Shown here in pieces: positions 1-8,880 of a stretch of 64,000 bases of DNA. The stretch comes from Candidatus Omnitrophota bacterium (GTDB lineage: Bacteria > Hinthialibacterota > Hinthialibacteria > OLB16): assembly GCA_020632575.1 (NCBI GenBank), contig JACKFH010000012.1, positions 1-64,000 of the forward strand, given 5' to 3'. The notes beneath the pieces were generated by a model that did no database searches, had not been told where the DNA came from, and saw only the letters and a list, made by a program, of their open reading frames with translations. The translations under genes and the position numbers were made by a program. Each line of letters starts with the position of its first letter. Position 1 is the first letter of the stretch.

Positions 1-72
1 GCTTCCAGCCGCGATAGGGTGAGAAGTTCGTTTTGAATGGACTCGCCAAAGACCGAGTCGTGAATCCTTCAA

Positions 73-1737
73 TCATTTCTTGGCCAGCAACTTCACATGC
101 CCAACTTCCTTGGCGATTTCATAGTCCTGGCTGATCCCCCTCCGGATACGGTCGACCTCGAGCGGGTGGACCCCAGCAAAGCAGTTCTGCCAAGAATCGT
201 CGATCACCAGATACCGGCTCGCCTCCAACCTTCTCTCGAACGCAAGCGGATCGTCCTCCGTATACAGAATCTGATAGGGCCGATCCGCCAAATACCCCAC
301 AATCGGCCCCTGCCTCCCCACCGGAATCACCTCCCCCGGCTTCGTCCTCAGAAAGATCGACTCCGCGATGGGCCGATAATCCTGCCCATGCGGCAAGGCG
401 ACATGGGTGTAGGCGTGATCGGTCGGGTAAAGTTTTTTGAAGCGGGTGTTATCGAGACCAAGCAGGTCGATGGGGAAGGCGAGGAGGAAGAGGAGGAGAA
501 TGGCGACGACTAACAACGGACTCATCCAGGACCCGAAGACGTTTCTATCGAAGATATCTTTGGCGATGAGAAAAAGTACCGAAGTTCCTGAAACCATCAC
601 GAGTGGAAGCGCGATGACTAAGAATTTTGGGTCTTTGGTGGGAAGAACCAGCCACGCGACAACATAAACGATGACCCAAACGCCGAATCCTACTGACATG
701 AGACTCGGCCAGCGATCCGATTCCCGCAACCTCTTGAAGACTTGCTTGGATTTGTAGTCTGATTTCTTGAGGATCCAGATTGCGTGGAGAGCGTACCAAA
801 GAACTACAATCGGGAAGGACGCTATTCCAAGTAAGGAGAGGCAAGAATAAACGGGTCCGAGTTGACTAGCGGTTTCAGTCAAAAGACCGATTACACCCCA
901 ATCAGTTCGTGGATCGCCTCCCTGACCGGACTGGAAGGAACCCATCCTCCCAAAAGACCTCGAAACCCATTGTCCAAGGTCGCCAAACATCAATATATAA
1001 AGCGGCCATGAAAGGAAAACTAACACAAAACCAATAGCCATGGGTTTGATCAATCTCTTCTTTGGCGTGATTCGAATGATCAACGGGCATGGCAAGAAGA
1101 GGATGGCCAAGTATTTGGTGATCGTCGCGGCTCCCAGAGCGATTCCGAAGCCCCACGCTCTGAGCAATGGGGAAAGGAATCGGACGTCTTGTTGATCGAC
1201 CTTGAATTCGTTCCGCACTGGACCGTTGAAGAAAAACGCCGCCGCCATCACCCAGAACGCGCACGGGACCTCCAAATAAACCAGATGACTGTACTTCAAC
1301 CACATCGGATTGAAGGCCAGCAAGGCCGAAGCGAGCAGACCGAAGCTGGGGGCGTTCTTGGCGAACATCGCGAAGATGAGGCAGAGCGTTCCCACCGAGA
1401 AAATGGTGGTCACCCATCGGAGTCTCGAAAGAAGTTTGATGGCTTGATCCGGGTTCTGGAGACCCTCCTCGGGAACCGAGCCATGCAAGGGGAGACTCCA
1501 GAAAAAAGTCTGGAGATAGGGGTGGATGTAATAGAACCTTGGTTCCTCGCCGAGCCTCCGCATCGGGGCCCCGGTGCGGACCATCTCGCGGGCGAGATCG
1601 GCGTAGACCGCTTCGTCGTATTTGGGGACCGGGTGAAGCTCACCCACCCGCCAGCAGAGCCAGACATGGGTGGCGACCACCGCAAGGAAAAGGGCGGGGT
1701 AGAGGTAGGGGAGAAAGGGGCGCTTTTCCTGGATCAT
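73..1737 (-). CDS. Polytopic membrane glycosyltransferase, GT39/GT83 (ArnT/PMT-like) family
   Basis: 554-aa track ORF with many hydrophobic TM segments. The N-terminal DEAVYADLAREMVRTG motif resembles the conserved loop of ArnT/PMT-type lipid-phosphate-sugar-dependent transferases. Its stop overlaps the start region of the upstream paralog (1734-1737). Confidence 0.6.
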   Translation of the reverse strand: MIQEKRPFLPYLYPALFLAVVATHVWLCWRVGELHPVPKYDEAVYADLAREMVRTGAPMRRLGEEPRFYYIHPYLQTFFWSLPLHGSVPEEGLQNPDQAIKLLSRLRWVTTIFSVGTLCLIFAMFAKNAPSFGLLASALLAFNPMWLKYSHLVYLEVPCAFWVMAAAFFFNGPVRNEFKVDQQDVRFLSPLLRAWGFGIALGAATITKYLAILFLPCPLIIRITPKKRLIKPMAIGFVLVFLSWPLYILMFGDLGQWVSRSFGRMGSFQSGQGGDPRTDWGVIGLLTETASQLGPVYSCLSLLGIASFPIVVLWYALHAIWILKKSDYKSKQVFKRLRESDRWPSLMSVGFGVWVIVYVVAWLVLPTKDPKFLVIALPLVMVSGTSVLFLIAKDIFDRNVFGSWMSPLLVVAILLLFLLAFPIDLLGLDNTRFKKLYPTDHAYTHVALPHGQDYRPIAESIFLRTKPGEVIPVGRQGPIVGYLADRPYQILYTEDDPLAFERRLEASRYLVIDDSWQNCFAGVHPLEVDRIRRGISQDYEIAKEVGHVKLLAKK

Positions 1738-3317
1738 TGTTCGGCCTCGGGGGGACCGGGGTGGCGGATTACGCTATCGCTAATCCGCCCTACGAGGGAC
1801 CTGATGAGGATTGCGGTCATTGCTAGGAGTGAGAACCAAACAATTCCCGACACGATCCGCGCTCCCAATTCCCCGGATCGCCAGAGGTCGACCAAGAGCC
1901 AGTCGGGGTCTCGGTCGAATCGCCAGGTTTTCAGATGCAGGAGGGGGCCGTATCCCTCACCGGAAAGTATGAACGGGGTCTGCTCTGTCGGAGGCATCGT
2001 TCGTAAGGCTTTTTCAAGCGGCCACATGTAGTCGACCAGCACCCCGGACACTTGAATCAGCATACCCAAAACGATGGTCACTCCCAGAAGGATTTTTCCA
2101 GTCGTCCTCAACCCCTCCGAAAGATTCGAACCCAACAAAAGTGGAAGTGGAAAGAGCAGAAATGGAGTCACTTGAAACAGATGCCTCGGCCCCCAGCACC
2201 AGCCGCCCAGATTCTGCCATTTGCCGATGATCAGGACATAGGCCAGAACAATCCAGGCGAAACCGAGACAGAGGAAGCGGTCCCTCTTGAAGAAGTTGGG
2301 CCAGACCACCAGCGCGGCAATCAGCGGTGGCGAATACCAAAAGATCCCCTTGCCGGGACTGAGCAGGTAGATCCAGAGCGCGTGGAGGATCGGGATGTTG
2401 AACTGAATCCCCTCCTTCTGATCCTCATACCCGCTCGCCAGGAGGGACCCGAAGCGGAGTTGGTTCTGAATGGGAATCCAGGAGCAAACCAGCAAGAAAA
2501 CCAACGCGCCGAGTGCCATCGCCGCCGCTTTCGATTGAGCGGGTCGGCCATTCGCGAGAAAGGACCCTGTGGCGATTAAGAGGATGCCAGGCAATGCCAC
2601 CGCCGAGTCGAGGCGAGTCAGCACTGCGCAGGCCGCGGTCAAACCCACCGCGCCGGCGATGACATAGATCCCGATTCCTTGTGTTTGTTCTTTCGACATC
2701 CAAGCCAAGTAACAAGACACAAGCAAGAAAAAAGTCGCCAGCGTTTCGGTGTATGAGGGCCGCGAGTGAGGCCACGCGTAAGTCCCGACCAGATAAACAA
2801 TTGGAAGGAGCCACCAAGACTTTCCAAAGATTCCGATTCGAATGGCCCAAACCGCGAGGGTGACCACTGTTAGCCAGGTCACGATTGAATTGAACATCGA
2901 GAAGCAGATCCGCCGGACTCGATCTTGATGATCCTCCGGATAAAGACCCGGGAAGTCGGGCCCATAAGATCCCGGTCGGTACATGGGAACCGAGCTGGTG
3001 AGTCGCTCCTCCTGAAAACTCAACCAACTTGGGGGGATCCGATGACCGGCAAGGTCCGCAAGCCAAATCAAGGGGACTGATAGCAGCGGCTGAAGAGGCC
3101 CATACTGCGGATACTGTTTCCCATCCTGTCCTTCCCGGGTGAGAAACCCATCGGGTAGCGGATCGATCGCGTACCCCTGTCCCCGCGAGAGGGAGAGCGC
3201 AGTCCGGTAGTTCACCTCGCCATCGGGGGCGTGGATATGCCCGCTCGCCGTGGCGAGGAGAAGGAGCAAACTCCAGAGGGAGAGTGACCTGAACAGGGAA
3301 TCCTTCGTTTGGTTCAT
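1734..3317 (-). CDS. Second GT39/ArnT-like polytopic membrane glycosyltransferase; start uncertain, alternatives 3359 or 3458
   Basis: Track ORF 1734..3458. The internal Met at 3317 (MNQTKDSLFRSLSLWSLLLLL) gives a hydrophobic N-terminus and avoids overlap with the divergent gene at 3361. Multi-TM with periplasmic-loop motifs similar to the downstream paralog. No clear SD sequence. Confidence 0.5.
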   Translation of the reverse strand: MNQTKDSLFRSLSLWSLLLLLATASGHIHAPDGEVNYRTALSLSRGQGYAIDPLPDGFLTREGQDGKQYPQYGPLQPLLSVPLIWLADLAGHRIPPSWLSFQEERLTSSVPMYRPGSYGPDFPGLYPEDHQDRVRRICFSMFNSIVTWLTVVTLAVWAIRIGIFGKSWWLLPIVYLVGTYAWPHSRPSYTETLATFFLLVSCYLAWMSKEQTQGIGIYVIAGAVGLTAACAVLTRLDSAVALPGILLIATGSFLANGRPAQSKAAAMALGALVFLLVCSWIPIQNQLRFGSLLASGYEDQKEGIQFNIPILHALWIYLLSPGKGIFWYSPPLIAALVVWPNFFKRDRFLCLGFAWIVLAYVLIIGKWQNLGGWCWGPRHLFQVTPFLLFPLPLLLGSNLSEGLRTTGKILLGVTIVLGMLIQVSGVLVDYMWPLEKALRTMPPTEQTPFILSGEGYGPLLHLKTWRFDRDPDWLLVDLWRSGELGARIVSGIVWFSLLAMTAILIRSLVGRISDSVIRHPGPPEAEQ

Positions 3318-3360
3318 ATTAACCGGAAGAATAAACAGGAAACGAAAGGAGGTCGACATC

Positions 3361-4140
3361 GTGACTACCGCCACTCCACCTCTGCCTACGACCCCTTTCA
3401 TCCACAAGGGGGAGCTCAAACAGGTTCTCCTTGCGATCGCCGACATCAGTGGGTACACCCGCTACATGACCCAAAACCGCACCGATCTGCTCCACAGCCA
3501 GGTGCTCCTCACCGACCTGACCCAAACGATCTTGAAGGAGATCGAATTCCCCCTCCAGGTCTCCAAATTGGAGGGGGACGCGATCTTCCTATACGCCGAA
3601 CTCGATGATTCTTGGGAGGAGAAGAAGACCGACATTTCCCGGCGAATTCTCTCCTTCTTCGAGGTCTTCACCGAACGCCTGACCGAATTGGCCGAATCGA
3701 ACATGTGCCCATGCACCGCCTGCAAGAAGGTCGCGGCCCTCCGTTTGAAGGTGATCGTCCATTCCGGAGAGGCGTTGCTTCACCGGATCGGTCCATTCGA
3801 GGAGTTAAGCGGGGTGGATGTAATTACAGTCCATCGACTGCTCAAAAACTCGATGAACAGCGATGAGTATCTGCTTGTGACCGATTCCGCCCTCCCACTG
3901 CTCGATTTCCCCGATGGGAAACTCGATGTCGATTGGACGGAATGGTACGACCAACTTGGAGAAGTCCGCGGCAAAGCCTGGGTGGCCGAGGAGATGGAGG
4001 CGAAGCGTCAAGCGATCGTCGAATCGGGCAAGTACCGAACCGCCGCGGCAAGACTCCGGAACGAGTGGATGAAGGTTCGAAAGATTCTGTCGTTCAAAAC
4101 ACGCCCCTCGAAGGTGCCGCTATTCGAGCATCTGTCCTGA
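3361..4140 (+). CDS. Hypothetical protein, DUF2652-like (putative nucleotide-cyclase-like fold)
   Basis: In-frame GTG at 3361 sits 8 nt after a strong AAGGAGG (3346-3352). The N-terminal motif LLAIADISGYTRYM is the hallmark of the DUF2652 family as I recall it. The longer track ORF from 3250 would overlap the divergent GT39 gene. Confidence 0.45.
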   Translation: MTTATPPLPTTPFIHKGELKQVLLAIADISGYTRYMTQNRTDLLHSQVLLTDLTQTILKEIEFPLQVSKLEGDAIFLYAELDDSWEEKKTDISRRILSFFEVFTERLTELAESNMCPCTACKKVAALRLKVIVHSGEALLHRIGPFEELSGVDVITVHRLLKNSMNSDEYLLVTDSALPLLDFPDGKLDVDWTEWYDQLGEVRGKAWVAEEMEAKRQAIVESGKYRTAAARLRNEWMKVRKILSFKTRPSKVPLFEHLS

Positions 4141-4175
4141 ATGGGATGGCTCGGCTTACCCCAGATGATATTCTC

Positions 4176-5597
4176 TCACTCCCCAAATTCGCAGTAATAA
4201 ACCTTGTTATCGATCACCTCTCCCTCCTCGGTGTAACGCGAGAGTCCTTCGATATAGAGGAATCCGGGCAGTCTTCCCGAAATCGGATTGAACCCAGTGG
4301 GTTGTTCGAGGTGGGGTAAGAGGGTTCCTTTGTCCGGTAGGTGAGGAACGATTTCCTTGGCGGTGAAGGTTTGACCGCCATCTCGCGATTCCAGCCAAAC
4401 GATCCGATTAATCTCCGGGAAATCGCGAAGCCAAAAAGCGGGTCGCCCCCAAACTCCCGGATTCCAATTCGCCTCGGGATGCTCCTTAGGAACCAACGTG
4501 ATGAGCAGGCACAGTACATCTTCCTCCGACATGGATACCCGGCAACCCAGGAATCCCCAATCCGGCCAGTTTTCCGCTATGGCCTTCCCAAGCGGCCTCT
4601 CGACCCAACCCTCGTCCTCCTCGTAAGTCTTGAGGTAGGGGCGCATTGGGTCCGGGGTGTGTCGGACATAGACCACATAGGGTTGGTTGGTGGAATCGAC
4701 CGCGATCCCACAATGGTCGATCCCCGGCTTGGGTTGGTCGAACGCCTCGGGGTCCCGCTCTCCCTCTTCCAGAAGGTCGATCGTTTCCGTCGTCGCGGGT
4801 GTCTCGATTAGCGTCCCATCCGCTTTGGTCCAGGTCTCTCCAAAATCGTTTGATCTCATGTAGCCAATCGCCTGATGAAGGCCGCGAAGGGTTCGGCTTC
4901 CATCTCCCTGAAGGCCCATGAAGAAGCCGGTGGAAAGGTGAAGCGTTTGATGGTCGGGTCCCCAAGCCAGCGCATCGTTGTAAGCGCCGTAGAACTTGTG
5001 ACGGCCCTGCTTCTTGACCAGCATCCCCCGATACTCCCAATCTCCATCCACCGGTTTGACATAATGATCCAAGCCTTTCCAGTCCTGGTCATGACGGCCT
5101 GTCAGGTGAAGGCGATCCGAGGCGTCGCAGATCAACACCGGATACGTCGACTTTCCAAATGCCATAGGATCAGTCCATGAGGAAGCGTCATTCGGCTCGA
5201 GGCTTTTTCGGTATTGAAGGCCGGTGTGATGCCCACCAATGATGACGTGAAGAAAACCCTTTGAATCGACCGTGATCGTGGGCCGAGCGTGATTGTCTCG
5301 ACCTTCGCCCAACGTCCAGGTCTCCGACCACTCGCCGCTCTTCCGATCCAGTGTCCGGATGCGTGCGAAATAGCCCTCGGCGGTCGAGTCTTGCCAGACG
5401 ACATGGGTTTTGTCTCCAAAGGTGACAATCTTATTGCCTGGCCCTTGGGTCGCTCGTTCGGAGCCGATGTCGGATAGAAGAAATCGCCTAACGGACGCAC
5501 TGACTTCCGTGGCCATGCTCGGAGTCACGATGAGGAACAACATGGGGAGGATGCACAAACGAAAAGGGCGGGGAATTGGCGTGAGGAAAAAACTCAA
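4176..5597 (-). CDS. Secreted beta-propeller (BNR/sialidase-like) protein
   Basis: 473-aa ORF with N-terminal signal-peptide-like segment (RPFRLCILPMLFLIVTPSMA). Repeated WxDxx/GxxW-type motifs and the overall composition suggest BNR-like repeats. Family assignment is weak. Confidence 0.4.
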   Translation of the reverse strand: MSFFLTPIPRPFRLCILPMLFLIVTPSMATEVSASVRRFLLSDIGSERATQGPGNKIVTFGDKTHVVWQDSTAEGYFARIRTLDRKSGEWSETWTLGEGRDNHARPTITVDSKGFLHVIIGGHHTGLQYRKSLEPNDASSWTDPMAFGKSTYPVLICDASDRLHLTGRHDQDWKGLDHYVKPVDGDWEYRGMLVKKQGRHKFYGAYNDALAWGPDHQTLHLSTGFFMGLQGDGSRTLRGLHQAIGYMRSNDFGETWTKADGTLIETPATTETIDLLEEGERDPEAFDQPKPGIDHCGIAVDSTNQPYVVYVRHTPDPMRPYLKTYEEDEGWVERPLGKAIAENWPDWGFLGCRVSMSEEDVLCLLITLVPKEHPEANWNPGVWGRPAFWLRDFPEINRIVWLESRDGGQTFTAKEIVPHLPDKGTLLPHLEQPTGFNPISGRLPGFLYIEGLSRYTEEGEVIDNKVYYCEFGE

Positions 5598-5603
5598 TTT
5601 GGA

Positions 5604-7022
5604 TCAGGCCTCGATGATTTCTTGGATCACATGACCGTGCACATCCGTTAGCCTACGGTCAATACCGTTGTGTCGATAAGTGAGTTTCTCGTGATCGATG
5701 CCGAGTTGGTGAAGGATCGTGGCGTGAAGGTCGTAGCAATACATGGGATTTTCGACCGCCTTGTAGGACCACTCGTCGCTGGCCCCATAAGAAGTTCCGC
5801 CCTTGATCCCCCCACCCGCCACCCAAGAAGTGAAGGTGAAAGGATTGTGGTCTCGGCCCAGCGATCCTTGAGCGCAAGGCATCCTTCCGAACTCGGTGGT
5901 CCAATAAACGATGGTGTCTTCGAGCATCCCCAAGGCTTTGAGGTCTTTGATCAACGCGGCGGTCGGTTGATCCATGCTCGTTCCCATGTCGCCGTGATCT
6001 TTTTCGATGTCTTCGTGGGAATCCCAATTCCTGCGCGGATGCCCGTTGTCGGCCCCGCTCCAGATTTGAATGAATCGAACCCCCCGTTCGAGGAGGCGTC
6101 GGGCGATCAAACAATTCCTTCCGAACTCGGAGGTCACCTCATTGTCGAGGCCATACATCTTTTTGGTCGCCTCCGACTCGCCGGAAATGTCCAGCACCTC
6201 CGGTGCACTGAGTTGAAGTTTCGCCGCGAGTTCGTAGGCCTGAATCCGAGATTCCAATCGAGAGTCATCCTCGCGACCTGCTAGGTGTTCCTGATTCAAT
6301 TTGGCGAGAAGATGGAGACCGTCCGAATCCATCTCCTTCGTGACATAGGAATCCTCGGGAGGAAACAAATCGGCGATGGGGTTTTCGGCGCCCGGTCGAA
6401 TCATTGTGGCTTGATGACTCGCGGGCAAAAACCCCGAGGACCAGTTCTTGGGGCCGCCTGGGGCAAACCCTCTGGAATCGGGAAGGACCACGAAGGTGGG
6501 AAGGTTGTCGTTCAGGCTACCCAACCCATAACTGACCCAAGCTCCCATGCTGGGGAACCCGGGTAAGACAAAACCAGTGGCTTGCATGAAAGTCGCCGGC
6601 CCATGGACATTCGATTTGGAGATCATCGAATGCAGGAAAGCGATGTCATCGGCGCAACTTCCAATGTGGGGAACCAGATCGCTGATCCACTTCCCGCATT
6701 CTCCGTACTGCTTCCAACCCCAGGGCGACTTCATCACCGCACCCGGATCGCTCTGAAAGAGTTCGACTTTTTCCCCCGGATCCCAAACCTCGCCGCTGCG
6801 TTTGACGACCTCCGGTTTGTAATCAAAGGTGTCGCACTGACTGGCTCCGCCGGACATGTAGAGCTGGACAACCCGCTTGGCTTTGGCGGGATGATGGAGA
6901 CCGCCGCCGGGGAAGGGGGACGCTTGCGCCCCGTCGAGGAACCCGGATCGTCCGAGCAGATCGGCCAGCGCGATTCCTCCCAATCCACCTCCGGCGTTCC
7001 ACAAGAAATTTCGACGGTCCAT
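5604..7022 (-). CDS. DUF1501 family protein with twin-arginine (TAT) signal peptide
   Basis: Internal Met at 7022 starts MDRRNFLWNAGGGLGGIALADLL, a classic RRxFL TAT motif. The sulfatase-like DUF1501 architecture is extremely abundant in Planctomycetota and Verrucomicrobiota. Confidence 0.75.
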   Translation of the reverse strand: MDRRNFLWNAGGGLGGIALADLLGRSGFLDGAQASPFPGGGLHHPAKAKRVVQLYMSGGASQCDTFDYKPEVVKRSGEVWDPGEKVELFQSDPGAVMKSPWGWKQYGECGKWISDLVPHIGSCADDIAFLHSMISKSNVHGPATFMQATGFVLPGFPSMGAWVSYGLGSLNDNLPTFVVLPDSRGFAPGGPKNWSSGFLPASHQATMIRPGAENPIADLFPPEDSYVTKEMDSDGLHLLAKLNQEHLAGREDDSRLESRIQAYELAAKLQLSAPEVLDISGESEATKKMYGLDNEVTSEFGRNCLIARRLLERGVRFIQIWSGADNGHPRRNWDSHEDIEKDHGDMGTSMDQPTAALIKDLKALGMLEDTIVYWTTEFGRMPCAQGSLGRDHNPFTFTSWVAGGGIKGGTSYGASDEWSYKAVENPMYCYDLHATILHQLGIDHEKLTYRHNGIDRRLTDVHGHVIQEIIEA

Positions 7023-7126
7023 GGTGATTTGATGATAAACACAATTACACGAGGGAGGTAAGGAGGTCTTGAAAGATTCTCCCCAAAAATACCCGAGGAG
7101 ACTTTCGCGGACGATCTGCTTCTTAT

Positions 7127-8026
7127 TCAACTTCGAATACAGGGGCAATCCTTGGGGATAACCAAATCGATCGCATCTTCGACCAACTCGAATCGCACCT
7201 TCTCGAAACGATGCGGCTCGCCATCCAAATTAACTGGGATCGCCTCATCCGCCTCGATCTCCGTCCACGGCGATCGAAAGAATTTCACGAACTCCCCTGA
7301 ATCGCCAGGTCCGGATATCTCTTGAAGAACCTGATCGATTCGTGGAAGCGGAAAAGGGAGAATCAAAACCGTGTCAAGCAACCCATCATTCAAGAAGGCC
7401 TCTTTGGCCAGGACCTGCCCTCCACCGGTCTGGCGACCATTGCAAACCGCGCCGACAATCGCCTCGCCCTCGAATCGATCCTCCGGAGTCTGGACTCGGA
7501 TGGGATAGGGTTGAAAATTCAAGGATTTGAGAATCGCCATCAGGGTGTAAGCGCCACCCCCCAGAAAGTTTTTCAATTCAACCGGTGTCTCGTTGGTGAC
7601 TGTCGCCCCGAACCCCAGAGACGCGACATTGATGAAGGAGTGGTCCTCCGCGCGAGCCATATCGATGGTTCGAGGAGCCTGTTCGACCGAGTTTTTCAAA
7701 GCCTCCGAAACGTCTTGCGGAAGGCAACATGAGACCGCGAAGTCATTGGCGGTCCCAAGGGGGACGATTCCCAAATAGGGCCGTTTTTCTCGAGGAAGGT
7801 TCATGAGGCCATTCGCGACCTCGTTCAGAGTGCCATCCCCCCCGCAAGCCACCACCCGTTCAATGCCGAGTTCATTTGCCTCATCCACGAAACGTTGGCA
7901 GTCCCCATACTCCCAGGTGACCCGGACTAGAATTTCGAGGCCGGAGCTCCTGAGCGATTCTACCGTTTCGCGAAATCCCGGGTAGTCGGATTTCTTGCCG
8001 TTAAGGATTAAGAGTGATCGAGACAT
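7127..8026 (-). CDS. Lipid kinase, diacylglycerol kinase catalytic domain (YegS/BmrU-like)
   Basis: 299 aa. Contains the ACGGDGTLNEVANGL motif, the GDG signature of the DAGK_cat domain, and GIVPLGTANDFA. Confidence 0.7.
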   Translation of the reverse strand: MSRSLLILNGKKSDYPGFRETVESLRSSGLEILVRVTWEYGDCQRFVDEANELGIERVVACGGDGTLNEVANGLMNLPREKRPYLGIVPLGTANDFAVSCCLPQDVSEALKNSVEQAPRTIDMARAEDHSFINVASLGFGATVTNETPVELKNFLGGGAYTLMAILKSLNFQPYPIRVQTPEDRFEGEAIVGAVCNGRQTGGGQVLAKEAFLNDGLLDTVLILPFPLPRIDQVLQEISGPGDSGEFVKFFRSPWTEIEADEAIPVNLDGEPHRFEKVRFELVEDAIDLVIPKDCPCIRS

Positions 8027-8180
8027 CTACCAAGCGAAGCGCCTCTCCTGTCGATGAGTCGGCTCCTCCCCATGAACCGTGACGCGAGGGGTTCATATAA
8101 CAGGATTTGTGAAGTCTGACCATCGGAGTCGGTTTGAGCGGAACTTCCCTGGATTTCGTTCCAATCGATCGTTCACAACC

Positions 8181-8189
8181 TGTGGATAA
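8181..8189 (+). promoter_or_regulatory. Perfect DnaA box (TGTGGATAA = TTATCCACA on the other strand), followed by a 7/9 second box TTGGATAAG
   Basis: Read directly from the sequence. Lies at the edge of an AT-rich non-coding stretch (about 8200-8400). Confidence 0.4.
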
Positions 8190-8435
8190 CTTTTGGATAA
8201 GTCTCAAAGGGGCCAGAATCTTAGGTTTGGAAAAGAATTGAATCTTCATAAAACCCACATTAACTAGTTTGCGTCTTGAATCGATCCCTTTACTGAAATT
8301 GCTTCCATCTATCTCATTTTATTGGAGATATGATTCATCTGTGAAGTTGCCGCCTGATTTATCGTTTCGTAAGTTTAATAAACGGTCAAAAGGGGCGCGA
8401 GGCTTGTGGAGGCCATGGAGAGTCTGTTAATAAAC

Positions 8436-8444
8436 TGTGGATAA
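8436..8444 (+). promoter_or_regulatory. Second perfect DnaA box (TGTGGATAA), same orientation, about 255 bp from the first
   Basis: Read directly from the sequence. A weaker TGTGGAGG lies at 8405-8412. Confidence 0.4.
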
Positions 8445-8445
8445 C

Positions 8446-8745
8446 TTAGCCGCCAAAAAGCTTGTCGAGCCTCTTTCGCGCCTTATCGACTGGGTCGTCG
8501 GGAGAGGGGCCTTCCGCCAATACCTTGAGAGCGAACTGCTCACAGAAGTTGGCGCGCTCACGGTCTCGAACGATTTCGGTCTCCGGGATCCGGCACTCGT
8601 TGTGATAACGGACATCGTGGTGGACGCAGTTCATGCAACTTCTGAGGTCCATCTGACATTTGGCGCACTCATCCGCTCGGCCGGGCTGAGACTCGCCGGA
8701 CCACGCCGCGCCACATTTCCAACAATTCCCTTCAACTCTCGGCAT
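8446..8745 (-). CDS. Small Cys-rich zinc-ribbon protein (hypothetical)
   Basis: Track ORF 8446..8766. The internal Met at 8745 has a GGAG about 7 nt upstream. Multiple CxxC pairs (CWKC, CAKC, CMNC, ECRIP...FCEQF) are consistent with a zinc-ribbon fold. Confidence 0.4.
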   Translation of the reverse strand: MPRVEGNCWKCGAAWSGESQPGRADECAKCQMDLRSCMNCVHHDVRYHNECRIPETEIVRDRERANFCEQFALKVLAEGPSPDDPVDKARKRLDKLFGG

Positions 8746-8880
8746 CGTTCGACTCCACGAGGCCATTTTAGACGATCACGCGGTCGATTCAAACCTGAAG
8801 AAATCGCTATTGACAGTCCGCGCTAAAGATTTGACCATAAGCCCGGCCTCGACTAGAAGTTGTCACCAAGGGAGAATGCC

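Noticed and set aside
3250-3360. Upstream 37 codons of the track ORF 3250..4140
   Set aside because: Would overlap the divergent GT39 gene. A strong AAGGAGG sits 8 nt before the in-frame GTG at 3361, and the conserved DUF2652 N-terminus begins right there.
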